From contig MU619252.1 in NCBI GenBank assembly GCA_025201805.1, positions 248,001 through 312,000 of the forward strand: a stretch of 64,000 bases of DNA, written 5' to 3'. Below are positions 52,201-64,000 of the stretch, piece after piece. The DNA comes from Parasitella parasitica NRRL 2501. Lineage: Eukaryota > Fungi > Mucoromycota. The notes under the pieces were generated by a model. That model ran no database searches, was not told where the DNA came from, and saw only the letters and a list, made by a program, of their open reading frames with translations. The position numbers were made by a program, and so were the translations under genes. The first letter of the stretch is position 1; each line of letters begins with the position of its first letter.

Positions 52201-55200
52201 AAGGATTTTGACATTACTGTCTGCAACAAGGCCCGAGCAAGCTATAGTCAAGGGAGGAGGGACGGAAGAGGAGACATCCCTTCCAGCCAAAGCGTCCATA
52301 GCGTCCTGAGTTGCCTCGTACGCTGCAGTGCCGTGGGTAGCCTTTGAAAATTGCGTCATGTCGTAAACTGTGCCTCGCACGCTCATATAGTTGTCGTTTG
52401 CTGAATTATGGTTTCCAACAGTGGCTGTCGAGTACATGGTAGTGGTATTTGGACACATTACTTCTCCAAGGCCCACAATAAAGAACATGATGATGGCAGA
52501 AAACCAAAAGATGATCAGGCACAGTGTCACTTTTTCACGCCATGCCATTTGGATATCTGAGCGCTTCATTTTGCCCAGTTTACTCAGTAAAAAAGACGGG
52601 ATCCAAAAGGTATTCAGCCAGACAAAACGAACCCACCATCGACGCAGTGAGGTGATGGGCACTTCTTCGATATTTTCAACCTTGGGCGCTTGAGTATCTT
52701 CAATCATTTTACTCATATCCATGTTTGGACCAAAGCTAAAATTCAATAGTTAGTTATACATGCTTTATTGCGCAAAGGTTGATATTCACCCTTCCGCAAG
52801 ACCATTGATGCCCCATTCGGATTCGTCGCCCCACTGACTTTCATCTGCTTGTTTCCCTTCGCTATAGGCAAAACTACCATTATCAACATGGTCATATTCA
52901 GGAGAACACGCATACTGTTGGCCGATGCTCTCCTCATACTTGTATGGATTTCTCAAAAGATGATCATTTTGGTTTCCGGTGTATTTTGCATCCAGACCTT
53001 TCTCTTGTTCAAAAACAGGTTGCCTCCTAGTAGCAGTAGCATTCTGCGGTTCTATTTTGGCCTGTTTTCTTTCTTCCTTTTCGGCTGCTCGTAAGCCATC
53101 TTCAAGTTCCTTCCATACATTGTAGTTGAGCCAGACCATCTCTTGACCAACAAACACAGACTGATGACTCCACTTCATGACTGTACACGCAAGCTCAATG
53201 CGCTCTCTGTCAGATCCGCTTTCTTCCAATTGCAAGGTGTACAGGAATTCTTCATAACGATCCACGAATTCCTCAAATGTATAATAGTTTGCAAAATCAA
53301 AGTGGTGGCGTATTATTAGATCAGGAATCAAAAAGGCACGGATCTGTGATCTGATTCTATTGTGGTCGAATTCTGGTGCCTGAATGTCGTTCGGTCTCAA
53401 GTGAATAATGTTGTAAATTCTAGTGTCTGACATGGAGAAGGTGATATCCCGCAAAGTAATGTAAAGCTGGTCAGTTACTGTCATTTCTTGCATGTCTTCA
53501 TAGGCTTCCTCGGCTTGTCTGATCTTCTTGTCAAGTTCCATCTCATCCGGTGCTGTGGGATTTTCATCAGCAAGGCGGCCATCATCAGCTGCCCTTTCAG
53601 GTCTACGCCTAATGGTTGTTCCCCTTCTTCTCATTGTGGGGGCACGCGTAGGCTTACTAGAAAGCTGAGCTTTGACAATTGTGCCGGCATCTTTAGGGTG
53701 GGATTCCGTAGCAATGGCTGTGTCTTGAAACAAATTGGATAAAAATGCATTGGAGCTGCTTTCTCTCAGCATGTTGACAAAATCAGCCGAAAGGTCATCC
53801 ATGTTCTTTTCAATAAACATGTCCACAGAGTAATGAACAGTGCCAGAAAAGTGATTTATACCAAAAGAGTACGTTTGGGAGCTCCGGGACAAGGAGGGGT
53901 GGCTGGTGAACTGTCGCTGCAAGGTGGCCAAAAAGTTGGCATTGGTGGCATCCGTAGCTCCCATTTGTAGCCGAGCAGTGTCTCTGTCCATTAACCCAGT
54001 GATACCACCCAATCCCAGCGATGAAGATTTGCTCAATACTTGTTTTTTACTGTGAGCGTCTTCAATGAGCTGCCTTTTATCTTTCCCTAACAATAACTCC
54101 AAACAAGCTGAATTATCAGCAACTTTCACCAGAGGCAAAGGAATGCCATCTTGCACCATAATGGCATTTAAGCCGTAGTCATTACTGAAATGCTCATTGA
54201 CTAAAAAGTAGTGCATTCGTTCGTTTGCCAGGTTGACGCAGAACTCGTGGAAGCCATTTGTCTGAAAGTTTTGAAAGCCAAATTGATCCATGATGCCAAC
54301 CACGTTGCATGGCTCTTGAGCACCAGAATAGCAAATTTCCCTGTTCACCGATTCGATAATCCACATAAACAGGACATTGTACAATGCACAGGCAAGCTCA
54401 TCGCGCTGTTCAGTTGCAGACTGGGGGTTCAAAAAGATGGTGCACATTTCTTTGCCGATAAGCTTGAGTTTGTACGTCAAACACGTCTCTAATTTGGCGG
54501 GGGATACGCCCAGCATGACAGCCACAATGTCGAGGACCTCTCTATTCTTCACTATGCATGCTTCTTGCGCCAATGCGTCTGTGTTTTCTTGGAACTGCAA
54601 GTTTCCAATGTGTAACATGGTGGCTAGCAGCTGAAATATCTGAGTCACTGTTTTTGCCTTGAATCCGCACTCTTTCAAAGCGCTCTTGAGGTCGCTAAAC
54701 TGGATATCATCGTTCCAATCTGCTGTCGAGATGCAGCCGGACTGGCCCAGGTAATTGAAATACTCTGGCTTAAAGTTGATGTGTAGGGCAGTTTTTTCCT
54801 CGACGGTGGTTCCGGCCAGAAGCGAATAAAATACGTGGTATGTGCGTTCATTTGGTGGTACTTGAGTAACCCTAGATTTGTCAAGTTGAAAGGTTAGTGT
54901 CTTTGCGCCCAGAATACGGCCCCGTTCATTAAATTGGATTTCCTGAAACATGCCAAACTTGGACGCCGAGACATTTTGTGTAGTACGGGCATGCCCAAAA
55001 GCTTCAATTACGATGAGAGCATTCTGAATTTGAGAGCCTAATTTGGTTTCTCGCCTCTTGTGTGCCGAGAGCTGCAAAAGCTCACACAGGAAGTGTGTTC
55101 TGGTTATGCTTTTGCCAGATCCTGTGATACCGCTTGGACACCGTGCGTTAGTTTGGCATTTACTGATATCCAGAGTAGCTTACCTGAGAATGATGCTTTG

Positions 55201-55509
55201 GTCCTGTCCTGTGCGTCTCATATTGAAATACACTCTTGTGGCTAATGCATAGACATGAGGTTGTAAGGCAGGCTGCGTTGCAGACAAATCTCTGTATCCA
55301 ATTTCAGCATAAGATTGCAATGTCGTATTGTTGAGTAATTCAAGTTGTTGATATGGATTGATGACCACAAGGTTGGAGTAACCGAGCTGGGTATATGTCA
55401 GGTTTCTTTTGTATCTGCTTGCCAGGAAATTCGAAATCGTTTCTTCAGAGGGCGGTTGCCCGCCTGTCTGATACAGGGATACAAGGTCTGTGCTAGAGTC
55501 TTGCTGCAT
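49240..55509 (-). CDS. Class V chitin synthase with myosin motor-like, cytochrome b5-like, GT2 and DEK_C domains
   Basis: P-loop SGITGSGKS across intron 1, EAFGHART..ASKFG, DQFGFQNF, AWREK, GNRGKRDSQ, LGEDRYL, QRRRW, FSWGNTR, and terminal exon VREQLSNILGFDM..LQGKL*. Confidence 0.96.
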
Positions 55510-55748
55510 TGAAAGTTGAGCAAGAAGAAAAAGAAGAAAAAGACAGAAGATATGTTAGTATATGATATCTGTCATTTAGGAGTGTGAATGCTATTTTTAT
55601 ACATGTGTATGCTTTTTTAATTCAACATTCTGGGTTCATGGCATGGCCATTCATATCGCGGTTGGTGCATACAGTGCTTCCCACTCTGAATTTAGCGATT
55701 TTTGAAAGTCCGGATGCCTTTTTCGAAAAAAATGACCAATAGCATTAA

Positions 55749-56001
55749 GCTAAATTGACCCTCTTCATCTAAAATGTCTGACCGTCTATTCGAGAATAAA
55801 TTAACCACTATATACTTCTTACATATAAACTGACCAATATTTTGGTCAAATTGATTACAAAGGCTCTTTATTTAAGTATTTAGGAAAACAATTGACAGAA
55901 TTCTGCACGAAATTCATGTTTAAAGACGTCCGAATAAAAGGTTAAAAAGTGGTCATTTATTTGTAAGTGAGAAGTGGTTCAAACATTTGGGTCAATTTAG
56001 C
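55749..56001. mobile_element. MITE-like element (253 bp), possibly PIF/Harbinger-type
   Basis: Perfect 13-bp inverted repeat GCTAAATTGACCC (55749-55761) and GGGTCAATTTAGC (55989-56001), further imperfect subterminal matches (AAATGTyTGA, AATAAAT..ACCACT), internal palindrome TGACCAATATTTTGGTCA, flanks resembling TTA/TCA. Confidence 0.65.
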
Positions 56002-56744
56002 CTCAATCTTTTTCAAAAATCATTAAAACATACCAAGAAGAAATGGAGTTAACAAATGCTTTGGTGGGATGATTTTCGAGAAGTCGGCTTTAGGCCAAGC
56101 ACATCTCATTTTCAGAAGCTAATCAAAAATACGTAAGCATTTCAGAAAATTATAAGAAAAATATGTGCGTATGAAGCAAAGCATGGAATAAATGATCGTG
56201 TCATTTTCATTTAAAATAAAAGCTCTCTAAACAGAGTAAATAATGTTGACAGTCTGGCGAAAAAGCTTGAGACTCTCGCAATAGGATATGGTCTAACTAA
56301 AAAAGGCGATTTTTTAAGTTGTACGCCCTGCTCTATTTAAGCAAAGTATAATAAACTATCATAAGTTAATTGTCGTGAAATTCTACAAAGAGCAATTTAT
56401 TAAACTTCCAAATGCTAAAGCAAATAATAAAAATTTGACGCTCTACAAGCATAAGATTTTGATTTTCAAAAAGTCCGACCACAGCTGTGGGTCCTTCGTT
56501 TGGTCTCGGTAGCAATGTTCACAAGTGGGTCCTCTAATCCAATCATAATCTCTATTTTTACAGGTTACTGGGTTTAAATACTGTTTTAAGCCAATAAAAT
56601 AGAGCAATTTATTTCAAATGACCAATGGAAATGCTCAGAACGAGGTTATTGGGTTTCAAATACAATGTTTCTACTTTAAATTCAGACGATGTTAATTTTT
56701 TCTGGACGAATTGAAAGTAGAAAAACTGTACATCAATAGAAGAA

Positions 56745-56989
56745 CCAGTGTTGGACAGATTAGACCGACGTACCTTTAACACCCTGAAGCGAGAATTCCT
56801 CCAGGATACTTATGCCACTCTCTGCAATGGTCCGAATAGCCAAATGATTTCCACTTGCCGTCCAACTTTGGTGGTTGATCCTATTCTATGGCTGCCAATG
56901 ACACGTATGGAGCGTAGTCAGGTACTTCGATGGCGTCTTGGCTGGCTTCCAGGAGGCAAACCACGCCCTTGCCCTTTCCACCCGACAAC
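56745..56989 (+). mobile_element. Non-LTR retrotransposon RT C-terminal fragment running into an assembly gap
   Basis: CRPTLVVDPILWLPMTRMERSQVLRWRLGWLPGGKPRPCPFHP is a characteristic Mucorales LINE ORF2 C-terminal motif. GC content is higher than the flanks. Confidence 0.8.
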
Positions 56990-57404
56990 NNNNNNNNNNN
57001 NNNNNNNNNNNNNNNNNNNNNNNNNNNNNNNNNNNNNNNNNNNNNNNNNNNNNNNNNNNNNNNNNNNNNNNNNNNNNNNNNNNNNNNNNNNNNNNNNNNN
57101 NNNNNNNNNNNNNNNNNNNNNNNNNNNNNNNNNNNNNNNNNNNNNNNNNNNNNNNNNNNNNNNNNNNNNNNNNNNNNNNNNNNNNNNNNNNNNNNNNNNN
57201 NNNNNNNNNNNNNNNNNNNNNNNNNNNNNNNNNNNNNNNNNNNNNNNNNNNNNNNNNNNNNNNNNNNNNNNNNNNNNNNNNNNNNNNNNNNNNNNNNNNN
57301 NNNNNNNNNNNNNNNNNNNNNNNNNNNNNNNNNNNNNNNNNNNNNNNNNNNNNNNNNNNNNNNNNNNNNNNNNNNNNNNNNNNNNNNNNNNNNNNNNNNN
57401 NNNN
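56990..57404. other. Assembly gap (415 N)
   Basis: Run of N, probably the collapsed remainder of the repeat. Confidence 0.98.
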
Positions 57405-57659
57405 AACTGGTCCGGGCAATGCAGTTATTCCAACTATTGTGCTCATTATGACCATTTTTATTTTCCTTTTTATTTAATAAAATTTCTCATTTAACCGTAC
57501 ATCAATAGTCAATTATGATGCGCTATCCCAAAACCCATGAAACGAGGAGCACACAAAGTGTATAAGATAAGCCTTAGTTCGGTTTATTACTGTCTCGCTT
57601 GAAGAGATTTAAAATATACATAGATTTTGCATGAAACGCTTTAATCAATAAATTTACAA

Positions 57660-59530
57660 AATCTACAGGTAAAGGTCGTGACCGCCTTGCAGGCTCTAAA
57701 AATAAACCAAAAAAAAGATGCATCGCGAAAAAAAAATGGATGATTACATTCACAAGTATTAGTGAATCTTCAACTATGTCTACGTTTTCTCCAGAGGTAG
57801 GTAAACGTTATGTAGACAATCAAAAAGTATCAAAGCTCTCATACATTCCAGTAAAGAAAAACTCAATTGCAGGTAATGCATATTTCTTATCCTCAAGGAG
57901 CCAAGAAGAAAATGGCGCCTTTGAACCTCTGAACTACAAGGAAAACAATAATAACCGAGAGGACGATGGTGACCTTTACATTGATCGTGCCTCTATTGAA
58001 AGAGAAGAAGAAGAATTTATTCAATAGTTGAAGGTAGCCCTGTTGATGAATTGACTAAAACAATTCTTCAAAGACTTGGAAGATCTGCCAACCGTGGCGA
58101 ACCTCCATCAGAATATACATTTGGCAGGACCTTCTGGGTGTCCAGTGCATGTCCAAGTTTTGCTCTACAAGGGAATCAACCACCAAAACCTAAGGATCTA
58201 TATACATCTAGAATGTTTTTGTGGTTTCCACAATATTTGACGGGCAATGGAAAAAAGTTACTTTGTAGTGTACTTGAATGCAACGAACATCTCATTGTGA
58301 AATGCTTTACACCTAAAGCTTGTCGAGTGATTGACATCAAAGAGTAATTATATTTATGCTAGCTAAAATATTAACGCATTAATTGTATTGTCTAGCTCTT
58401 TTTACATGCTGACATCTCGTTTTGTTTGCTCAAAATCTGCCCAGCATAACTTTACGGGTTATGACAATAATATCATTCGCCAGTTGCCTCTTCGAGTGCA
58501 AAATGATTTCCCAGCTCTGCTTACATTGAAGTCTGGTCTATCTTCCTCTTTAGTCAATTTAATACGTCCATTGATGCAAAACTCTGCTGGTCCTGGAAGA
58601 ATTCATAAGATTCTGAGGGAAATCCATCGCTTACGATATGACAATCTCCAATTTCAATATCTTGATGCCGCGCTTGAGTACAAAGACTCGTCTTCTGGTA
58701 TAGTAACATATAAAGCAGCTGATTTTTTAGAGTTCGAAGATTGAAAGGGATGCTCTGGCCGTGTGCCTTCAGCTGTGTATATTGGTTATGTGTATACTTT
58801 GTATATGGAAAATCTGAAGGCAAAAATTGATTCAGAAATGATGAAGCTTGGCCGTGTTGTGTTAAAAGGAGATCACACCTTCAACATTATTAAAAAAAAA
58901 AAAATAGCAAAACTTAAAGGTGTATCCATATTCACGGCTCTTTACACCGTTTGTAACGAATTTGAGGAGATTCGTATGATGATTCTTGCTCCAACAAAGT
59001 CCCTACTGCATTTGGAAAAACGCTTTCAGGGATGATGAAGACTTACTCGAAAAATGAGGAAGAAAACCTTTGATTTTCTACACTGATAATGTGGTGGCTG
59101 ATCAGCCGAGTCTGAAACGATGGATTCCATCATTAAAAGAAAAGGTCCAGCATACCAACGAGGAAAATGGGGTCAGTTCAAACCTTCCAACTTATACAAT
59201 TCCTGATGATGTCTCTATTCTATACCTGCAATCTGCTGTGCAAATTAATACCATGGCCCCAAGATTAATTGATTGCTTGCATGCAGATACCAGAGGTCGC
59301 ATTATACCAATACACGTATGCTTTGATTGCGAGTGGACAACAGAGTATATCAACAAAGCTTCGTTTAGGCAGAAAATATCCTTGATATAAATTGCATTCA
59401 AAAAATCTGTATACCTATTTCATCTTGATAATACCTTTCTAATGCCTGGTAAACTGAAGCTTTTGATTGAAGATACTGATATAATTAAAGTGGGCCGTTG
59501 TGTCAAACGAAATTTGTAGAAACTTTAAGC
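57660..59530 (+). mobile_element. Decayed Dada-like DDE DNA transposase with decayed AT-hook and inserted DEDD 3'-5' exonuclease
   Basis: GKGRDRLAGSKNKPK (AT-hook relic), MFLWFP..LLC..C..RVIDI/SFYMLTSRFVC, LKGDHTF..FTALYTVCNEFEEIR..PTKS, FYTDN, then CFDCEW..LI*IA..VYLFHL..IIKVG. Intron 58344-58395, several stops and frameshifts, truncated at the 3' end. Confidence 0.7.
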
Positions 59531-60134
59531 TGATTATAATCGCTTTGTTTCAAGCAAAGTGGTCTTTGAAGCACCCACGCTATGAGCCAACATTGTCGCA
59601 TGCTTGCAATTTAAATCGATTCAGGGATTCTATTTAAGGGTAACGGTAGTCAATTATCTTCTTTTTCGTAAATTATTAAGGATTATCTTGGCATGCTGAT
59701 AATGGCAATGGGCCCAAAATTCAAATTGCGTATAAACCAGCGTTAATGAGGCCACTTTGACTTCAATATATACACTTCTATTTTGCATAGTGATAACCAT
59801 TTACTAATTTGCCTTAAAAATATATTTACAACTTTGTTGGCTCTAACTTGACTTGAAAAATGGCATCATCTGGGAATTAAAGAGGAAGCATCAAGCCAAA
59901 AGTCATCGTTCCAAATTATATATGGAATCGCTTGTTCTACAATATCGATATTTGGGCTTTTGTTATGCTATTTTAGATACTACTTGAGCAGAAAATGAAA
60001 TTTGACCTGGTTTGAATTGCCACAACATTCATCAACCTTTCGCTTCAATATAGGAAAGGCCCCTACTAGATAACAACAATCATTAGATTTATTATGGCAT
60101 AGTCGTTTATTCTTTATATACAAAAACAAATGAT

Positions 60135-61839
60135 TTAATTTTCATCATCTTCACTATCCTCAATTAAAAAATCTTTAATTTGACTTAATAGTCTACCATC
60201 TCTACTTTGATCACAAACAGATTCAGTGACATAGGGTGGCAGCGACTCAATAGAGGTCTCGCTGTAATCCTTGAGGTTGACCTGACAGCTATAGCAGAAG
60301 AATTTGTTCATGTCTATTTGCGGTTCTTTCTTGCTATCGTTGCTCCCGCTACCACAACATCCACCAGCAGGGTTAGCGCAATCTCCACAGCTATCCTTAG
60401 TTTTTACTGTTGGCTCATCGGCATCCAATACATCTGAGACAGTAATGTGTTTTCTCCATTCACCAATGTCGGCCTCGAAAGGCATCAAACAAATAGCACA
60501 AGTCTTGGTGAAATCCATGTTGGCGGAAGGGGTTAATTTCATGATAGTGCGACAGATTGTGCTGACGGTAGATGGGAATCCACGTTCAATGCTTACAATA
60601 AAATCTTCAGTCAATCGATCAATTGATGTCTTTGCAGGCATCATAGTGCTGTAGTTATAGGGTAAGGTTTCGTATTGAGTGATGCTGGAAAAATGGTTAT
60701 AAAAGCCAATTTCTTTGGAGAGCATATCTTTCATGGGACGCATGATGCTGAGGTCTTTCAAACTCTGATTGTTATCTACGCCAACGTCTAACGGCAAACT
60801 ATATCCACGGCCCTTGCTGGTCATGGCAATCATCTTGATGGCCTGACGAGTCGCAGAATCAGCAATGAAAATGTATGCACAACTATACAACAGACATTAA
60901 TACAAAATTTTGGACATCTAGCTTTAAATAATCGGCTTACCCCTCGCGTCTTGCAACAGTTACAAGCATTTCCATCTTCATGTTCCATAGCAAATCCTCT
61001 TTGGCAGTTGTTTTTTTTATGCTGTTGAATAATTGCTTTAATTGTTGCGCTTGCGTTTTGTTTGAGTTGCTTTGCACACAATTGACATAATGCTCTACAA
61101 AACGAGAAGTATTTGAATATTGGCTATATTGAAACTACCACTAAGCCCATCTTACCGTAATCTTTATTTTCAATACCTCCAGAGGTGGATTTCAAAATCT
61201 TGTCAAATGCGCCATTCTTTGTAAATTCAGGACCAAAAATTTCCTCCAAGCGATGGCTGAAGTAATTGAATTTAGAAAAATTCTGCCTGAGATCTTGAGC
61301 TAATTTCTCGGTAGACTTTGCCTAATGATTATATGCATATTATTTAGTTTCTTTTTTCAGCATGAGTAAAGCAAATGATACCTACTGTTGCATCAAAGAG
61401 AGTGCTCTCGTCGATATGACAGATAATTGCTTCAGATATAAGTTGTATTTTTTTGAGTTCGGTTGGTTCTACATGCATAAAGCTCTTGGTTAAATTAACC
61501 ATTGCACTTTAAATATCATGGTGGCATTAGTCAGATAAATCGTTATTTTACTTTTTTTAAGTTATCTTACATTGAGGAAGGGCCACCTGAACACGCCAAC
61601 AAAACCTTTCCCTTCTTTCTATCAGTGGGTTTCAAACGATTTAAAATTGATCTGTATTTGCCCACAACTGTAAACATGAAGCAAGCCCTGCAGTAGCAAG
61701 ATTAATTTGGTTTTTTTTATCAAATAAATCTACGAAAGACCTACTGGCAATAGGAGGCGAGACGGATTAATACTGTTGCCTTTTCAGTTTTACATTTGCA
61801 GCATTGCTTCGCAGACATTTTTGTAGTATTATGAACCAT
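60135..61839 (-). CDS. NCS2: Cytoplasmic tRNA 2-thiolation protein 2 (Ctu2/Ncs2), multi-exon
   Basis: CCKCK..YCQAC N-terminus, VLLACSGGPSS, ADSATRQAIKMIAMTSKGRGYSLP, RPMKDMLSKEI, SIDRLTEDFI..FPSTVSTICRT..KL, CAIC, CYSC. Start at 61839, alternatively 61818. Confidence 0.92.
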
Positions 61840-63179
61840 TGTAACGGTGGATGAAAGAGCTGCACAGTAGCAATTTTTTCCTGATTTCCTGGATATTTGC
61901 TCTCAGTCCTAAAAGCCACAGCAGTTTGAAGCGGATGTAAGATACTATTGCTGGTGTAGTATCTTATACATGATGAAATTGATATCCTCCATTATACGAC
62001 AATTTTTTTCTTTTAGGTATTCAGTAAGTAATTACAATGCTTTACCTTTTTAATATATATGATGGACAATAAATCATTTTCATAGTGTAAAGAAAATGAG
62101 AACAACTTGAGCACATTCGAAAATGATTTATATGAAATTGCATGCATATTCACTTTGTTCAACGGCTATATTTATCTCTTTTCTTCAATCGTAAAATTCG
62201 TTACGAAATGAATCAGCTTGAAAATGAAATAAACAAACCCATCCTACTGCTAAAAAAATTTGCTTGGAGTGTTCAAAAATTTTAAGTTACAAGATATTTC
62301 AAACAAAGACAAAGCCAAGCCCATGAAGATACCTTTTGTAAGGGATTATTCTACTATAGATCAATTTCAACCAGTAGATATACAAGATAAAGTGCTTGAA
62401 ATAAATTATCAGATCACATATCTACAAACTCGGCACTGCCAAATGTTTGTATTACTAAAAAAAAAGCATGCAATGGTCTTGTCGGCTTATACGCAACTAG
62501 TGTATGGAGGTTCTGTACCACTCTGAGCAATTACGGCATTGAAGAAAACAACATTGAACAAGTTGGAATAACTCATTTGCAAAGCTGGGACACGTCATAT
62601 ACTATTTAGTGCAAGTATCACTTGATATCTTAGAATTATACACCATCAAAATCGTAATGAATTATGTAGAAGGGTCGTATATTTTTAACTTTGAGAAAAT
62701 CTTGTCAAATACTATGTTCGGGTCATTTTTCGTATTCCTGATAAATCAAAAATTCCAAACTTCGAGCAACTATTAAGCAAAAACACCCGTATAGCACATG
62801 TAGATGCTCATATGGCGTACATGTTTATCGCTTGTAATTTCATTAACAACAGTACGATGGAAGTAGCCATCAAGTTCCAGACTATGCTGGAAAAAATACT
62901 TTCTTGATCTAATTGCTTTTTGTGCCCAAAGTGGGAGAAGATTTCAAGTAGATGATTCGAAAAGTGCCAGCCCAAAAGCGATCAGAGAAAACTTTCATTT
63001 TGCTCCTCATCAGCATTTAACCTAAAATAAACAGGATAGGTTTCAAATACCTGCAAAAATCTCCACAGGGAGTTTTCCATCATTCGTGAGATGTGTCTCT
63101 TTAAGAAAGATCCCGATTTGCCAGTTCCTTTCCTCAACCATTTTTCCCTCTATTTCACAGTTATTACTATAAATGAATT

Positions 63180-64000
63180 ATGGGCGATGAAATCCAAAGA
63201 AAGACCCTGAAAGAAATAGTTAGGCATTTCACGCCATCGTGGTTTAGTATCATTATGGGTACAGGTATTCTTTCGATTCTGCTACAAGTTTTTCCTTTCC
63301 AATTCCGAGGACTACAGACAATCGCGCTGGTTATCTTCATCATGAACGTAGTCATGTTTTGCGTATTCCTCATCATCACAATTGCAAGATACGCTATTTG
63401 GCCGTCGATTATCATACTTGTGTTGGAGCATTCGAATCAAAGTCTGTTTTTAGGAACAATGCCAATGGGATTAACGACGATCACAAACTTCATCACTCTC
63501 GCGCTGATAGATAAATTTCCCTGGGGTCAAAATCTAGCGTTTGTGCTGTGGATCATTGAATATGTGCTGACAATCTTGACTGTTTTGGTGGTACCCTATT
63601 TTGTAATTGTACATCACAACCATGCACTGGATACCATGAATGGTACTTGGTTGCTGCCTATCGTTCCATGCGTGGTTGCTTCCGCCTCTGGTGGTTTATT
63701 AGCTCAGCATTTAGATCAAGGCCGTGCTCTAGTTATCTTGATCATATCTATTATTACAATGGGAATGGGTCTATTATTAGCCTTATCCGTTATTGCTATA
63801 TACTTTCATCGATTGGTCGTACACAAACTACCACCTAGAGAGGTCATCATCAGTTCCTTTTTACCGCTTGGTCCGCTTGGCCAAGGCGCTTACGGCTTAA
63901 TTCAATTAGGAATTGCAAGCAAAACTATTTTGGGTGATCGATATATTCTTGGCCTGGGAGATGTGGCTCATTCCGTGGGCTTCTTGGCAGCTTTGTTCCT
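63180..64000 (+). CDS. TDT/SLAC1-family transporter (Ssu1 sulfite efflux or Mae1 dicarboxylate type), cut by the window end
   Basis: MGDEIQRKTLKEIVRHFTPSWFSIIMGTG, FLGTMPMGL, TWLLPIVPCVVASASGG, SFLPLGPLGQG. Open to the end of the window and absent from the ORF track. Confidence 0.92.
   Translation, partial: MGDEIQRKTLKEIVRHFTPSWFSIIMGTGILSILLQVFPFQFRGLQTIALVIFIMNVVMFCVFLIITIARYAIWPSIIILVLEHSNQSLFLGTMPMGLTTITNFITLALIDKFPWGQNLAFVLWIIEYVLTILTVLVVPYFVIVHHNHALDTMNGTWLLPIVPCVVASASGGLLAQHLDQGRALVILIISIITMGMGLLLALSVIAIYFHRLVVHKLPPREVIISSFLPLGPLGQGAYGLIQLGIASKTILGDRYILGLGDVAHSVGFLAALF

Noticed and set aside
56886-57494. ORFs spanning the N run
   Set aside because: Artefacts of translating through an assembly gap.
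21420-61839. REX4, DUS3 and CTU2 as an RNA-processing cluster
   Set aside because: They are widely separated by unrelated genes, which is expected by chance.

Overview
Eukaryotic, AT-rich, intron-containing fungal DNA, most consistent with Mucorales (short GT-AG introns, Mucorales-type transposon remnants). No CRISPR, rRNA or convincing tRNA was seen. About 20 intact genes, in order: ceramide synthase, pyruvate decarboxylase, Nic96, mitochondrial thioredoxin, an orphan ORF, amidase, ING-PHD protein, Rex4, GH15 glucoamylase, Dus3, Icp55, acyl-CoA-binding protein, Vps9, Osh4/Kes1, a hexokinase-like protein, PX-BAR, TBC RabGAP, myosin-motor chitin synthase, Ctu2 and a TDT/Ssu1 transporter cut by the window end. 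Between them lie decayed mobile DNA: three LINE 3' fragments, a Tc1/IS630-like 5' remnant, MITE-like foldbacks, three different decayed PD-(D/E)xK nuclease-like genes, and a Dada-like DDE transposase with an internal 3'-5' exonuclease. The most notable items are (1) an intact hexokinase paralogue that lacks the catalytic Asp and has altered ATP motifs but keeps most sugar-binding residues (candidate sensor or pseudo-enzyme), (2) the AT-hook/DDE/exonuclease transposase, and (3) an Rpn/YhgA-like nuclease relic. Gene ends were spliced by eye, and family calls come from remembered motifs rather than database searches.
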